This document shows, in pieces, positions 41,866 through 53,731 of a stretch of DNA of 64,000 bases; within the stretch, counting starts at the first letter, position 1, and each line of letters begins with the position of its first letter. The notes under the pieces are model-generated. The model made no database searches. It was not told the DNA's origin and was given only the letters and a program-made list of their open reading frames with translations. Position numbers and translations under genes: made by a program. The stretch comes from Trypanosoma brucei (taxonomy: Eukaryota), in the NCBI GenBank assembly GCA_000002445.1, contig CM000208.1:3552001-3616000 (forward strand). The letters run 5' to 3'.

Positions 41866-42763
41866 GAACCTGAAGGTTTTGGATATGGTGTTCGTGATGA
41901 AGGCGGGAGGTTTTGATGCCTATGCGGAGGTGGGTGGAGGGGGGTGGTGAAGGATTGGACAAGGCTGCGTGAAGAAAGGAGGGAAGAGAAGAAGAAGAAT
42001 AGGAAATTGCATTGTGTAGTAGTGCTGGCTGTTAAATCAAGGACCCTATTTGTTAGTGCAGGAGTGTATAGATCAACAACAAGGACAGCGGGAAGTTTTA
42101 TAAAGGAGGAGGAAGGAGAAAGTTTGGGAGTATCATGTGGGGTAAATGGAAGGAAGGGAGAGTACTTGCTTCTGCTCAGCACCTCTTAGCCTTCCTCTCG
42201 TTTTCCCACCGTTTCTTGGTTTTGCGTGCCAACTCTCTTAGAGGTGAATGCTTTTATATTATATTTTACTTTTTAACCTTGTCTTTACTTCTGAGCCTGG
42301 CATCTCTTATTCCTCTACGTTGCTACTAAAGACACGGTGCAAGCGATGCCTTGCGTGCATAATTTGCGGACCTTAACGGATGAATGTCTTGTACCGTGTT
42401 GGAAAGGGAAAAGAATGTGAACATGCGGAGAGAAAACAGTTTTCCCCCCCTTTCCCCGTGACATGTGGACGCTTTTTTATTCTTCTATCTACACAGTCGC
42501 ACGCGGGAGCGCATCCGCACTGCTAGGTTTTTTTCTTTTCGCGCACCGTGAATTGTTTCTTCCCGTTTGTCGAATGACACTTTTGTTTCGGTTTGACGAC
42601 TGAAGTGTGCCAAAGCTGATCAAGACAGAGGAAGGTTGTACATTAGGAGGTGTGGAGAGCGAGAACAGCCGGAAATCCAGTGAAGCCAAAGGAACATCTG
42701 CTTATATACTCAGGGACGCGAGAGAGCAAAAGGGTTGGTAGAGGATATTTGGACGGAGCAGCA

Positions 42764-44032
42764 ATGATAGGCGGTCAGCACAAGAAGGAACGCATCAGTG
42801 AGCGGCTCCAAAACTGCCAGAATCAGCCAAAGAACCGCTGCTACCTTCCGGGCACGCAGTTGCTGACAGGCGGATATAGTACCAAAACATTACAGGGTAA
42901 CTGGAGTGAGGAACGGGCGGATGCCGGCTACTACGACGGAAAGGCAATTGTTCCAACACATCTCTCCAAAATTTGGACGACGGAGTACACAGTCATGACA
43001 AACCATGCAATGAAGAGGGCTCAGGAGCAGGCGCCCGTCTTTGATCAGGCAACGTTGGTTGATATTGTGGACCGCAATCACCGTGCATATCCCACTCATC
43101 AGCCGCACCTCGACCCTCAACTTCCAAAATTGAAGGAAGAGGCGTTTAAAACAACAATGAGGACCTCGTTTAACCACCCGCAGGAAGTTAAGCTGCGTGA
43201 GGAGGCGTATGTCCGACCAGTTATCGGAAACACACCTGCCGCCCAGGCCAGGGCAATCATAATGCGCTTTCGGCGGCAGCTGCTGATTTCAATGGAAGGA
43301 CAGTCCGCTTTTCCGGGGAACGTGCTCCGGCAGGTGCGCCTCGCGCTGGAGAGGAATGATGTCGTCGGCAACGGAGTGCTCAACGTTGAGGAGACATTTC
43401 GCGGCTTCACTGAGGCTGGTGTAGAGACGAGTATACCGGAGTGTGTTGCTCTTGTTCGCGGACTTGACATGAAGGGTGATAACATGCTCTCGATTCGTAA
43501 GGTCATGGATGAAATGCGTGGGGAGGAACGGGATCGCCGGTACAGTATTATTGAGGGTGTGTATGAGTTGCTGAAGAAGCTGTGCAGTAATGGGGTTGTG
43601 CGGCTACACCACCTCGTCGATCTGATTGATGTCGACTCCATGGAGTCGGTGTTAAACGGAACTGTGTCTTCTGCTGACGCTCTCCGCGCGTTTACCACCC
43701 AGTGGGATCTGCCTTTGGAGGCACACATCAGCTTTGAAACGTTCCACACCTTTTTTAGAGATTCTTCGTTTGAGCTGAAAACCGATCAGGAATTCGAGAT
43801 CCTCATGCGCAACGTGTGGCACCTTAGTGGAGGTAATGGAAAGAATGTAAACACATCATGCCGGAGATTAAATGTGGTGCATAAGGATGGACGTGCCAGC
43901 GTACAGGAAGTTAAGGATGATCTAGATATCAAAGATGATGACCCGAATTTGATGGAGCGTATTTTGGCCAACCTGGCGACGCAGGGAATAAAGGATGTTT
44001 CCTCACTGACCATCATCCCGAAACGCCGATGA
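42764..44032 (+). CDS. Calcyphosin (CAPS/CAPSL)-like EF-hand protein with an N-terminal extension.
   Basis: ARAIIMRFRRQLLISMEGQS...LERNDVVGNGVLNVEETFRGFTEAGV...LVRGLDMKGDNMLSIRKVMDEM and TDQEFEILMRNVWHLSG parallel calcyphosin [40 protein letters not shown]...WDRNGSGTLDLEEFLRAL and TDEEFVAMMTSAWQL. The EF loops are partly degenerate. The ORF-track start at 42650 is GTG. The first ATG is 42764. Confidence 0.5.
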   Translation: MIGGQHKKERISERLQNCQNQPKNRCYLPGTQLLTGGYSTKTLQGNWSEERADAGYYDGKAIVPTHLSKIWTTEYTVMTNHAMKRAQEQAPVFDQATLVDIVDRNHRAYPTHQPHLDPQLPKLKEEAFKTTMRTSFNHPQEVKLREEAYVRPVIGNTPAAQARAIIMRFRRQLLISMEGQSAFPGNVLRQVRLALERNDVVGNGVLNVEETFRGFTEAGVETSIPECVALVRGLDMKGDNMLSIRKVMDEMRGEERDRRYSIIEGVYELLKKLCSNGVVRLHHLVDLIDVDSMESVLNGTVSSADALRAFTTQWDLPLEAHISFETFHTFFRDSSFELKTDQEFEILMRNVWHLSGGNGKNVNTSCRRLNVVHKDGRASVQEVKDDLDIKDDDPNLMERILANLATQGIKDVSSLTIIPKRR

Positions 44033-44826
44033 GGATTGGATTTCATTCGTTTGTGGTTCCTACCGTTTTTTTAAACCAAAAAAGAAAACAGCTGTTTTTT
44101 CGTGTGTTTAGCTTCAATGCGTGCGCCGGTAGAGGACGGATTTCAATGTAAGGGGTTGTGGGTAGAGAACTAGGCGGGGGAAAGGGCGGGCGAAGGTAAT
44201 TGTTTCTCCGTGATTTTTCTACTTTTGCTTTTCATGTTGTACAACTTTGGAGGTTTTTTCCCCTCTTTTAAGTGCGTTCCCTCGGTGGCAGTTGGGTGTG
44301 CCCCCTCGGTAAAAAGACAGTAGATGCTGTGAGGATGTTGTGGCTGAGCAATCCAATATATGTATAAGTTGAAGTGGTTCGTCTTTCTGCACCGATGCTC
44401 CCTTCGTAGCAGTGCGCAGCTCCCTTTTCCTTGTAGGAAAGTGCGAGAGGTTGCAATGGGGTTTGCAGCGTTGCAGAAGGAGAAAGGAGGAAAAAGAGGT
44501 AGAAAACAAGAGTCTGCTCTGGGTGATTGTACTTACTGGTCATCATGTATAGTCATTTGTTTGTTATATCGGTGTTTGAAGTGCCATCCGCGTTGGGTAT
44601 TACCGATGGATAATTATATTTGTTTTGTTTTGCGTCTTCATCTCTCTTCCGCATGCCTGATTTGCCTCTTCGAAAAGGTTGAAAGAGAGCTTGCCTCACA
44701 CAAGCACTGGGGAAAACAAACGGGATAAAGAGGGGTGCCAAGGAAACACTGTTTTAAAGCAAAGGACGGAAAGTGAGTGAGATAAACTTGACAACCAAGT
44801 AAACATTTACGGAGTATACAGTTGCA

Positions 44827-46056
44827 ATGTTTCAGCGATGGTCGTTTGCCCTGTGTCGACCTATCGTTGCGGCAGCACAGGTATCGCAACAGCAAGTGCC
44901 TCCATCTGAGGAGCCACGGAACGAGTCAGGTGCCGCAAACCCTCCGCTGGTGAAGGAAGAGTTCCTTCGGCAGTTTCGCGAGCGTTTGGCGAATGACAAG
45001 ACGGGAAGAAATTCATTGGAGGGGTTTCTTGACCTTCCGGAGAATCTTCCACCCACCGCCGCCTCAATTGGACCACTGAAGCGAGGTAAGGAGCCTCTTC
45101 CTCCTTGGTTGAAACTCAAAGTTCCTATGGGAGCATCGAGGCAGCCGCGGTTTAACAAGATACGGCGCAATATGCGTGAAAAACGTCTAGCTACTGTGTG
45201 TGAGGAGGCCAAGTGCCCAAACATCGGTGAATGTTGGGGAGGAGGTGATGAGGAAGGGGACGGCACCGCCACTGCCACAATCATGGTGATGGGGGCACAT
45301 TGTACAAGGGGCTGCCGCTTCTGTTCCGTAATGACGAGTCGCACACCTCCACCACTAGACCCAGAGGAACCACGCAAAACTGCTGATGCAGTCGCTGACA
45401 TGGGTGTGGAATATATAGTTATGACTATGGTGGACCGTGATGACTTGGCTGACGGTGGCGCTGCTCATGTTGTGCGCTGCGTGACGGCCGTGAAGGAGAG
45501 GAATCCCGGACTACTTCTTGAGGCACTTGTTGGGGACTTTCACGGAGACCTCAAGCTGGTTGAAATGGTTGCTGGTTCACCTCTCAATGTCTATGCTCAT
45601 AACATAGAGTGTGTCGAGCGAATTACGCCAAACGTACGAGATCGACGCGCTTCTTATCGACAGTCCCTTAAGGTACTTGAGCACGTGAATAATTTCACTA
45701 AAGGAGCTATGCTCACCAAGAGCAGTATCATGCTTGGGCTCGGGGAAAAGGAGGAGGAGGTGCGGCAAACCCTTCGTGACCTGCGGACGGCGGGCGTTTC
45801 TGCTGTGACCCTGGGCCAGTACCTCCAACCCTCACGGACGCGGCTAAAGGTCAGTCGCTACGCCCATCCTAAGGAGTTTGAGATGTGGGAAAAGGAAGCG
45901 TTGGATATGGGCTTTTTGTACTGTGCATCGGGGCCCATGGTACGGAGCTCCTACCGAGCTGGTGAATATTACATTAAAAATATTTTGAAACAGCGGGAGA
46001 CTGTCGAAGCTCCGTCAGTGTCAGATGGAGGGAATGAACCAAAGGATTCCGAGTAG
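44827..46056 (+). CDS. LIPA: Lipoyl synthase (radical-SAM LipA/LIAS), mitochondrial type with an N-terminal extension.
   Basis: [16 protein letters not shown] (C-x4-C-x5-C auxiliary cluster), [22 protein letters not shown] (radical-SAM CxxxCxxC), [36 protein letters not shown] and [13 protein letters not shown] are collinear with human LIAS. N-terminus [18 protein letters not shown] looks like a presequence. Confidence 0.9.
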
Positions 46057-47130
46057 TGATTAGTGTGGTATAAATGCGTAGCTTCCGGGGTCGGGGATGT
46101 CTGTATGACCGTTGGGTTGTGGTTGTGGAGAGGACCGGTGAAGCATGTGGCCGCGACGGAGAAGATTGGGGCAGATTTGCCATTGGTGTTTCTGCTTGAT
46201 CGCTTCTTCAAAGCATATTCATCTACAGTTTTTGCGTCCTTTTTTTTTTAAAAGAAAGTAAATCGTTGTTTTAGCGTACTTGTGCTATATTTCTCCTCCC
46301 ATTTATACTTTAGTTTTCTTTCTGCGTACGAGCGGCACAATCAACTTCCCTCCTTTTTTAAAAAAATTTGGTCCATGCTGTATTGCTGGTTGTTTACGTT
46401 ACCTTACGTATCACAATACTTTACTTTTTTTTTTCCGCTTCTTCTGCTCTTGTACCTTTCTACGCATTCGCGCGACTCCGCACGGAATCACGTTTGGGGG
46501 TGTAGTAGTGTATTATCCGTACCGTATTGATCATTCAGCACAAGGGGTGGAAAAAGCACATTTCGTTTTTTTTAAAGGTGTTTTACAGGTTGTTGCTATA
46601 AACAAAGTTTCCAGCAGTCCGCTTGCAGACGGCGAGGGTTACGGTCAAGAAAGGCGCGTAACGGCGTGGAGCATCGGCGTTTCGCATTTTTCTGCGGGTC
46701 TTCTTTTTTTTTTTTTCCCTTCCTCCTCTCATTCCTACCTGCATTCTATTTTCCACACGGTTTGTGGTATCCTGAAGCCGCACTTAAAGCGGGGGAGGTG
46801 AATTGGATCTCCAACTACGAAATTGTGTTTGCTCCGTCTTTCTGTGAGTTGCAGGACAGCCCTTGTTTTCCAGGACTACTTCGCTTTTCAGGGAAGGGGG
46901 GTCTGTGGACGTGCACACACTCGCAAATAAGTACATCTCACAGTGCACGAGCCATTTTAATTTTACCGTTCCGTGTGCAACATTGGCAGCGGAGAAGAGG
47001 AAGAGGAGAGGAAAGAGTAGAGTGGTGAAATTGCCCAATCTTGACTAAAGGCTCACGTGTTTCGGCAATAGCGCCGCCACGATACCAAAGTTGTGGTTGG
47101 CAAGGTGTGAGTGGATCCACTAAATAGAAG

Positions 47131-50100
47131 ATGGACGCTGACGAGGGCAGTGCGCCGGACGAGGAGCAGAGTATGGTGGTTGACCGAGTTGCACTCTCAA
47201 TAAGTGATATTTCATGTATGCGCCTTGATGGTTGTCGTGTACCGTCGAGATCCTCCAGAGCGTCGCATAGGTGGTCACATCCACAACGGCCGCACCGTCA
47301 ACCTGTTGGAGATGTTTCCTCGTCGTTGTCGCATGCCGCATCGCAGGGAAGTAGAACGTCACCACCTTCTTTTGTCTTTGCGACTCGCGTGTGCCGAAGT
47401 TTTGACTCAGTGAGTCAATCCGGCGGTGTGTTCGATTCGGTGGTGAGAAATCATGATGGGGAGAGCGTCAGAAGCAACTCAGAGGTAGTTAAGCACAACA
47501 CGTGCTTAGAGCATTCGCAGAAAACATGCCTTTCGTCCGTTTCGCTCCCACCGTTGAGTGAAGCATGCAGGGGGCACGAGGTAAGTTATGGTCTCAGCAG
47601 AAGAAGAATGTCTTTCACTTCATCGTTTTCTCCTCTACCCTGTTCGCCGGTACCGAAAGAACTCTCCCCCGGCCTACTTACATCCATACCGTGGAACCTC
47701 CCGACGCTAGGGTGGAAAGGGATGACACCAACCGCTTCTAACGTGCATGAGGGCCAAGCGACGAATTACGGTGAGGAGCAATGTGGGGAAAGAGTTGCAA
47801 ATGATACCCGCGCGTACAGAATTCTCAATATGAGCAATTCTGGAGGCGCCGTCGCGACCGATGCGAGTGTTTCTAGGGAACGGTGGTTCCACGTGCAACA
47901 TCAGAGCTTCCGCAAACGCTACATAGGGCACCTCAATTGTGTTTACGCAATATACAGGTCTCTCGTGCCAAGGAACTCTCCCCCGGCGGCTTCGCAGAAT
48001 ATTTCTCTCGGAGACACCCCTACCCTTGACCGCCGCGTCCGGTCGGTGGCTCTGTCATCTGCGTCAACTGTTACCGGTGTGGCTGCCGGTTACTACACGC
48101 TGAGTGACAGTGCCTCGACACGGTGCTCAGGCGGGCAAAACGTGCCCGTCGTACCGCGTGCTGTGAGGGGTTTCTCGCCTCGGCGCCGTGGGAGGCAGCG
48201 GGCACTTTCTTCTAGGGAGATGGACCCATTTATTCTAGGACTTATCAAGAGAAGAGTCTTATTCAGGACCACCATATTTTGTGAGTACACATATAACTGT
48301 ATTAAACATTCGGAGGAGCTACGGCTCTCGTCGTCAGAGATAGTCGAACCGTATACTGAGCAGGAATATGCGGTTTCTTCTCATTCGCAAAATGGTAGTG
48401 CTTTTACAACTTCTGTGGGTCGAGCTGAGAGCGACCGTGTGGCTACCAGCGCATCTGACGGGTCGTCTTCCATATTTTTTGATGATACACATAGAACGGC
48501 ACCACCACCAGGGAATGATGGAAAAAGACGAACTTCAGTAGTGTCCCCACCGCATGAAGAAACACCAATGGCTGTTCACCACCGGACGCTAACCCGGCTA
48601 CAAACGTTAACAACAAAGGTCCACAGTGTAGACCGTGTCATGCGCACAGTGGATAATGAGGAGGATGATCTTGTTGTTTATGTAGGTATGATTTTAATGG
48701 GTTGGCTGGAGGTCGTTGATCTTCTTGGATCTGGTACGTTCGGGCAGGTTTTTCTCTGCAAGGACTTGCGAATCGCCAACAAAACTTTTGTACACCCAAG
48801 CCAGATAGAGGGAGATGACTTTCAGTACTGGCAGTGCTCTCACACGTATATACCATTCGGTGATCCCTCAATGGTACCAACCCATACACCACTTGTGGCT
48901 GTAAAGGTTGTCAAAAGCCGCGAACTATTTGAACAGCAATCTGCTCGTGAGGCTGAGATTTTAGTGCACGTCAGTTCGCAAACGGCATCGCAAGAAGAGC
49001 AACCCGCAGAGGAGCAGCAGGCGTTTCCGGCACTGTCCTTTTCAGATCCACCCGTGCCCGACTACCGTTGCGAATATGTGGGTAAGATACTTGCGCACGG
49101 AATATGCTATGGTCATCACTGCATAGTTATGGAACGATATGGTGTTAATTTGTTTGAGTACGCGATGGCACGTGGTTTTAAAGGTCTTCCCATGTATCAG
49201 ATACAGGACATAGGCCGAAAAATCTTGCTGGGGTTAACTCTTTTGCACGAGGAATGCCACGTAGTGCACTGTGACATAAAACCCGAAAACGTTTTAATTA
49301 CACTCGATTCCTGGCTTTCTGCCAATCCAGTCCATATGGCGCTCACGGTCGGTGCTCATACACCGGGTTCTGGTGCCTCCGGAGCCATTTCACTGGATGC
49401 ATCGGCTGGGCAGTTGCATCAATCGTTGAGATGGCCGGCAAGCAATGGCTTACCTCCACTCTCCGATTCGAAATTACCGAATGGCGCTGTGCACTCCCCT
49501 ACACCTCGGCGTATGCAGATTGCTGCTTCCACCGAACGGATGTCGATGTCCTCCATTTTGAGGGAGGTTGCACCAGCTGGTTCGGCGGCAGCGAGCTCTC
49601 CTGGACTGAATAACGGTGCTGAAGATGATCCGAACCTTCCTCGCATTCCTGCATCGCCGTCTCTTTTACCGCTGAACATAAAGCTCATTGACTTTAGCAG
49701 TAGCTCTTACATTGGAAAAGGAATCCATACGTATGTACAGTCCCGCTACTATCGCGCACCAGAGGTCATTGTTGGTGCCGGCTATGGGCCAGCCATTGAT
49801 GTGTGGTCTACTGGCTGTCTTTTGGCGGAACTGCTGTTAGGCCTTCCACTTCTACCGGGAGACTCGGATCATCATCAACTCTCCCTCATTGAGGAAATGC
49901 TCGGGCCGTTGCCTCTTTCATTGTTAGCGAAGGGTGCAGCCACGCTCGAATACTACGATGTGGATGATGTTGAATTGAGAAGTGAAAGTGCAGGCGCGTC
50001 TGCATCAGAGGAAACTCCTGCGGGTCACAAAAAATCACCCTCATTTCGTCTCTTGAGTGAGGAGGAGTATCTTCGCCATCACAGGGATGCAAAACCAACA

Positions 50101-50418
50101 AAGGGAAAACGGTATTTTCAGTTCCACACACTTGCCGAACTAATCAGGAAATGTACAGCTAGCAATGAGGAAAGGTGTATTGCAACAGGGTATAGTCCAT
50201 CCGCTGCCATGGATGCCAACGTGATGGAAATGGTCTCAACGCAGCAACCGAGGAAAGAGATTGCTGACGAGATTTCGCGTCATCGATTCCGTTTTTATGA
50301 TTTACTAAAAAAAATGCTCCACGGCGATCCCGAGAGGCGCCTTACGGCCCGTGAGGCATTGGCACACAGCTTTTTTCAAGAAACACCAAAATATTTACAG
50401 GTATACTCACAACGTTAG
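47131..50418 (+). CDS. DYRK-family (CMGC) protein kinase with a roughly 500-aa S-rich N-terminal extension and a large insert in the catalytic domain.
   Basis: DH-box-like DNEEDDLVVYVG. Gly-loop LGSGTFGQVF, VAVKVVK, catalytic loop HCDIKPENVLI (the DYRK HCD variant), then a ~129-codon insert (49300-49686) before IKLIDFSSSSY (DFS in place of DFG). Activation loop IHTYVQSRYYRAPEVI (DYRK YxY-region, H-T-Y). DVWSTGCLLAELLLG. Confidence 0.8.
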   Translation: MDADEGSAPDEEQSMVVDRVALSISDISCMRLDGCRVPSRSSRASHRWSHPQRPHRQPVGDVSSSLSHAASQGSRTSPPSFVFATRVCRSFDSVSQSGGVFDSVVRNHDGESVRSNSEVVKHNTCLEHSQKTCLSSVSLPPLSEACRGHEVSYGLSRRRMSFTSSFSPLPCSPVPKELSPGLLTSIPWNLPTLGWKGMTPTASNVHEGQATNYGEEQCGERVANDTRAYRILNMSNSGGAVATDASVSRERWFHVQHQSFRKRYIGHLNCVYAIYRSLVPRNSPPAASQNISLGDTPTLDRRVRSVALSSASTVTGVAAGYYTLSDSASTRCSGGQNVPVVPRAVRGFSPRRRGRQRALSSREMDPFILGLIKRRVLFRTTIFCEYTYNCIKHSEELRLSSSEIVEPYTEQEYAVSSHSQNGSAFTTSVGRAESDRVATSASDGSSSIFFDDTHRTAPPPGNDGKRRTSVVSPPHEETPMAVHHRTLTRLQTLTTKVHSVDRVMRTVDNEEDDLVVYVGMILMGWLEVVDLLGSGTFGQVFLCKDLRIANKTFVHPSQIEGDDFQYWQCSHTYIPFGDPSMVPTHTPLVAVKVVKSRELFEQQSAREAEILVHVSSQTASQEEQPAEEQQAFPALSFSDPPVPDYRCEYVGKILAHGICYGHHCIVMERYGVNLFEYAMARGFKGLPMYQIQDIGRKILLGLTLLHEECHVVHCDIKPENVLITLDSWLSANPVHMALTVGAHTPGSGASGAISLDASAGQLHQSLRWPASNGLPPLSDSKLPNGAVHSPTPRRMQIAASTERMSMSSILREVAPAGSAAASSPGLNNGAEDDPNLPRIPASPSLLPLNIKLIDFSSSSYIGKGIHTYVQSRYYRAPEVIVGAGYGPAIDVWSTGCLLAELLLGLPLLPGDSDHHQLSLIEEMLGPLPLSLLAKGAATLEYYDVDDVELRSESAGASASEETPAGHKKSPSFRLLSEEEYLRHHRDAKPTKGKRYFQFHTLAELIRKCTASNEERCIATGYSPSAAMDANVMEMVSTQQPRKEIADEISRHRFRFYDLLKKMLHGDPERRLTAREALAHSFFQETPKYLQVYSQR

Positions 50419-52284
50419 GTTCGTTGGGTAGTAGTTGTGGACGCGCGAGACATCGCTGCCTTTACCGATTACCGAAGGAAAAAAATAACGGAAAGATGGG
50501 GAAAGGAGAGAGAGAAGAGAAAAAAAAAGTTCAAATAATAAAAGATTGCAGGGGGGGGGGAGAGTTGAACAGATCATCAGCAGTTGCTTGCGCTGATGTT
50601 TGTGGAGGAAGGAAGGAGGAAGGAAGGAGGAAGGAAGGAACATGTGTAGCAAAGGGTACATATATATATATTTTTATATATATTGTGTGTGTGTGTGTAT
50701 TTTGAGTACCATAGCTAACAAACGGTGAAGCCCTTTTGAATGGGATTGATGCCAAGATCTAACAATGACAATACCAATAACAGTAACAGTGACAACATGT
50801 TGAGCACCCGTAATAGATGGGTTTATGAAAGAGGTGCAGGAGTGGGTGTTGTCAAATTCATTAATTATACCAATAAAGTGACGGAGTTTCAGTGGTGGGC
50901 AGGTGGTGTGGGTGCATGTGGACACGTTACGCATCACTGATGGGGGTGAAAACAGTGTTGTTGTTGTTGTTTCTCTATTTGCGTAGACGGAAATAACCAT
51001 TCGCTGCAACGCAGCGAGGAGGTGAGAGAAGCGATGTATGTGTTAAGGGGATTAAAAAAAAAAGAAGAGTAAAGGGTGTGAAGGGTGAAAATGAAGTTAT
51101 TGCCGCAGTGGCGGTGCGGAGAAATGACAGTAGTTTTGAATGGAATGTATTAAACTGCGCGACACTTTCAACTTTTCTCTGTTTGTCTGCTTTACTGAGG
51201 CTTACTGGCCCCCTTCCCTCAAACAAAAATTCCCCTTCTTACATTTCTTTTTCTATCTTTCCTTCTTATCCTCCTCCTTTCTGTTCTGTTATGTTCTGTT
51301 GTGTTGCGTTGCGTTGTGTTGTGCTCTGCTATTGTGTTTTGTGTGTGCATGTGTGCATGTGTGCATGTGTGTGTTTTTGTTTTTACGTCTCGCTTTAATT
51401 CTTTTGACTGTACCCTTCTGTTATTATTGTTGTTGTTGTTGGTATAAAAGCAGTGTTGTGCGTTGGGGGAAAAAAATGAATAACCAGGATGGACAGTCAG
51501 CAAAAGTAAACAGGGAGTGTTGTGGGGAGGGAGGGAGGGCGGGGGGAAGAAATAAAATGTTTTTTTTTTCATTTTGAAAGAAGAGTGGTTGAAACGAAGA
51601 GTTTTTGTGTTTTTTTTTTAAAAAAAAAGAGAAAGAGATGTAATGGAGCTTAACCATGTACAGACGCTCAAAGGCAGAGAAGGAGGTGCGAACAGAGAGG
51701 AATAGTGAAGTGAAGAGAAGAGAGGAGGGGAAGTGAATTCTTATGTTTTTTTTGTTTTTACGTGTTTATGTGTGTGTGGGAAATGTTTATTTTCCAGATT
51801 ATTCCCTTTTGTTTTTTCTTTTTGCTTGTGGTTGTGTTTTCCTCTACACGTTCCTCTTCTTCTCCCCCCCCCAAGTAGTCCCTTTTCCTTTTCTTTTCTT
51901 TTCTTTTGCTCTTTCGTTGGACTTTAGTTGGTGTTCCGTCCATGTCCCTGGGGAAATTTCCACCCTAAGTTTAAATCACTTATTTCTTCCTTTCCTCTCA
52001 TACGCAGCTGCGTCCTTTAGTTCCCTCTTGTTTTTTGTCTTTCCTTTTTAGTTTTGTTTTTCAGGAAAAAATATATAAAAAGAACAAATTTATTGCTCTT
52101 TTGTGGTCCTTTTAATTACCTTAAAAGGAGAAAGTGGTGTTGTAACCTTCCTTCATTTTCTACATCTTCCTCCTTCTTTTTATGATTTTTTTTTTACTTT
52201 TCCTATTGTTGCTTTGGTTGCCCCGGTGCCTGCATGCTTCCACGCTCACTTCATTCGCTCATTCGTTCTGACAGCTTCTACTTG

Positions 52285-52383
52285 CATGATGATGATGATG
52301 ATTATTATTATTATTATGATTATGATTATTATTATGATGATTATCACCTCCCGCCACTCCTCCTCCTCCTCCTCATCCTCCAT
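52285..52383. repeat. Trinucleotide repeat block (ATG)5(ATT)6(ATG/ATT)n followed by (CCT)n.
   Basis: gatgatgatgatgattattattattattatgattatgattattattatgatgattat ... ctcctcctcctcctcctcatcctcc. Confidence 0.9.
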
Positions 52384-53731
52384 TTTTTTTTTCTAAATTT
52401 CCCTCATATGTTCTTCGGTTTTGTGTGCCCAATGCGCCGCATGATAGGGGACGGACTCCTACAAAGACATTAGTGCGTATCTGAATACACGATTTCTCTC
52501 TTTCTATTCCTTTAATCCTTGTTTTCTTTTCTCTTCTTCTTTTCTTTTTCTTTTTCTTTTTATGTAGTTGTTGTTCGTAGCTTTGTTTTTTGTTTTTTTT
52601 CTTTTGTGCTCGAAGGAGAAAGCAAGCATTTACTTTCTTTCTCTTTTGTTTTTTTCCTTGCAATTGACAATTACTAATTGTTTCGATGGGATGAGAGAAG
52701 AGAAGAGAGGAGAAAAGAGATGAAGAGAGAAGTGCGGGGTGGGGTCTCGGGATGATTGGGCGAGTGAAGGTTTTTTTTTATTGTTTAACGTGTCCTGGAG
52801 TTATTGTTAAAAAAAAAAAAGAGAGAGAAGGAGGAAAAGAAAGGGATTTAAAAAAAGAAAAGCGACTGATAAGTTTTTTTTTTTTTGAAGGGGGGGGGGA
52901 AGGAGAAAAATAGGCATGGAACTCAAACGGTTAGAAGGCCATCTGGGGACATGCCCCAATTTTTACTTTTTTTTTCTTTTTAATTCCTATAGCGCATATT
53001 TGCGTACTGTGTGTGTACACGCGCAGGGCATTTGGGTTGGTCGTGCATGTATGTGTACGCATTCCATTATTTGGTTGTGGTTAGGTGCGGCTGCCGCAAA
53101 AGTGAGTATATTCATTCACCTGTGCAAAAAGTCAAGGAAGGCCGGTGGATTGTTTTCTTCTTCTTCACCTTTCTTCCTTCTTTCTTTCCTTTCTTTCTTT
53201 CTTTCTTTTCCCCCCTTTTTCTCTTATTTTCGTACCCCACACTTTACTCCCGTTTTGTGGGTATGTTTTTTTTTTCTGTTTGGATGGAGAGTGGTGACTC
53301 CTCCCTCCTGTGAAGTAAAAGTGTTGCGTTGTCGTCAGCCATACCATATTATTTTCCACCTTATCATTTTTCTGTTTCATGGTCTTCCTCGTGAACCTGT
53401 ATTTCATGTCCTTTGTTTTTTTTTTTGTTTCTCTTCTCTATATCTCTTTGAATTCTCCTTTACCAATATATTTTCTAATAACCCATACTGGTCTACTGTT
53501 TGCAGTGGTTGTTGTGGACTATTCGCGGGCAGCCACACAGTTCTTTTTTTTTTTCTTTCGTAGAAGGATTAGCATATAGCTCAAGTGTTAGCGAGCCGGG
53601 TTGTCCTTCCCCACCTGTCCGCCTCCGTTTATTTATTTATTTATTTCACCCGCGTGCGAATAGAGGGAGAAAAGTTAGGGGTAATTTAAAAAAAAAAAGG
53701 AAAGCAATACTTGTGACGGCTCTCCATAACA

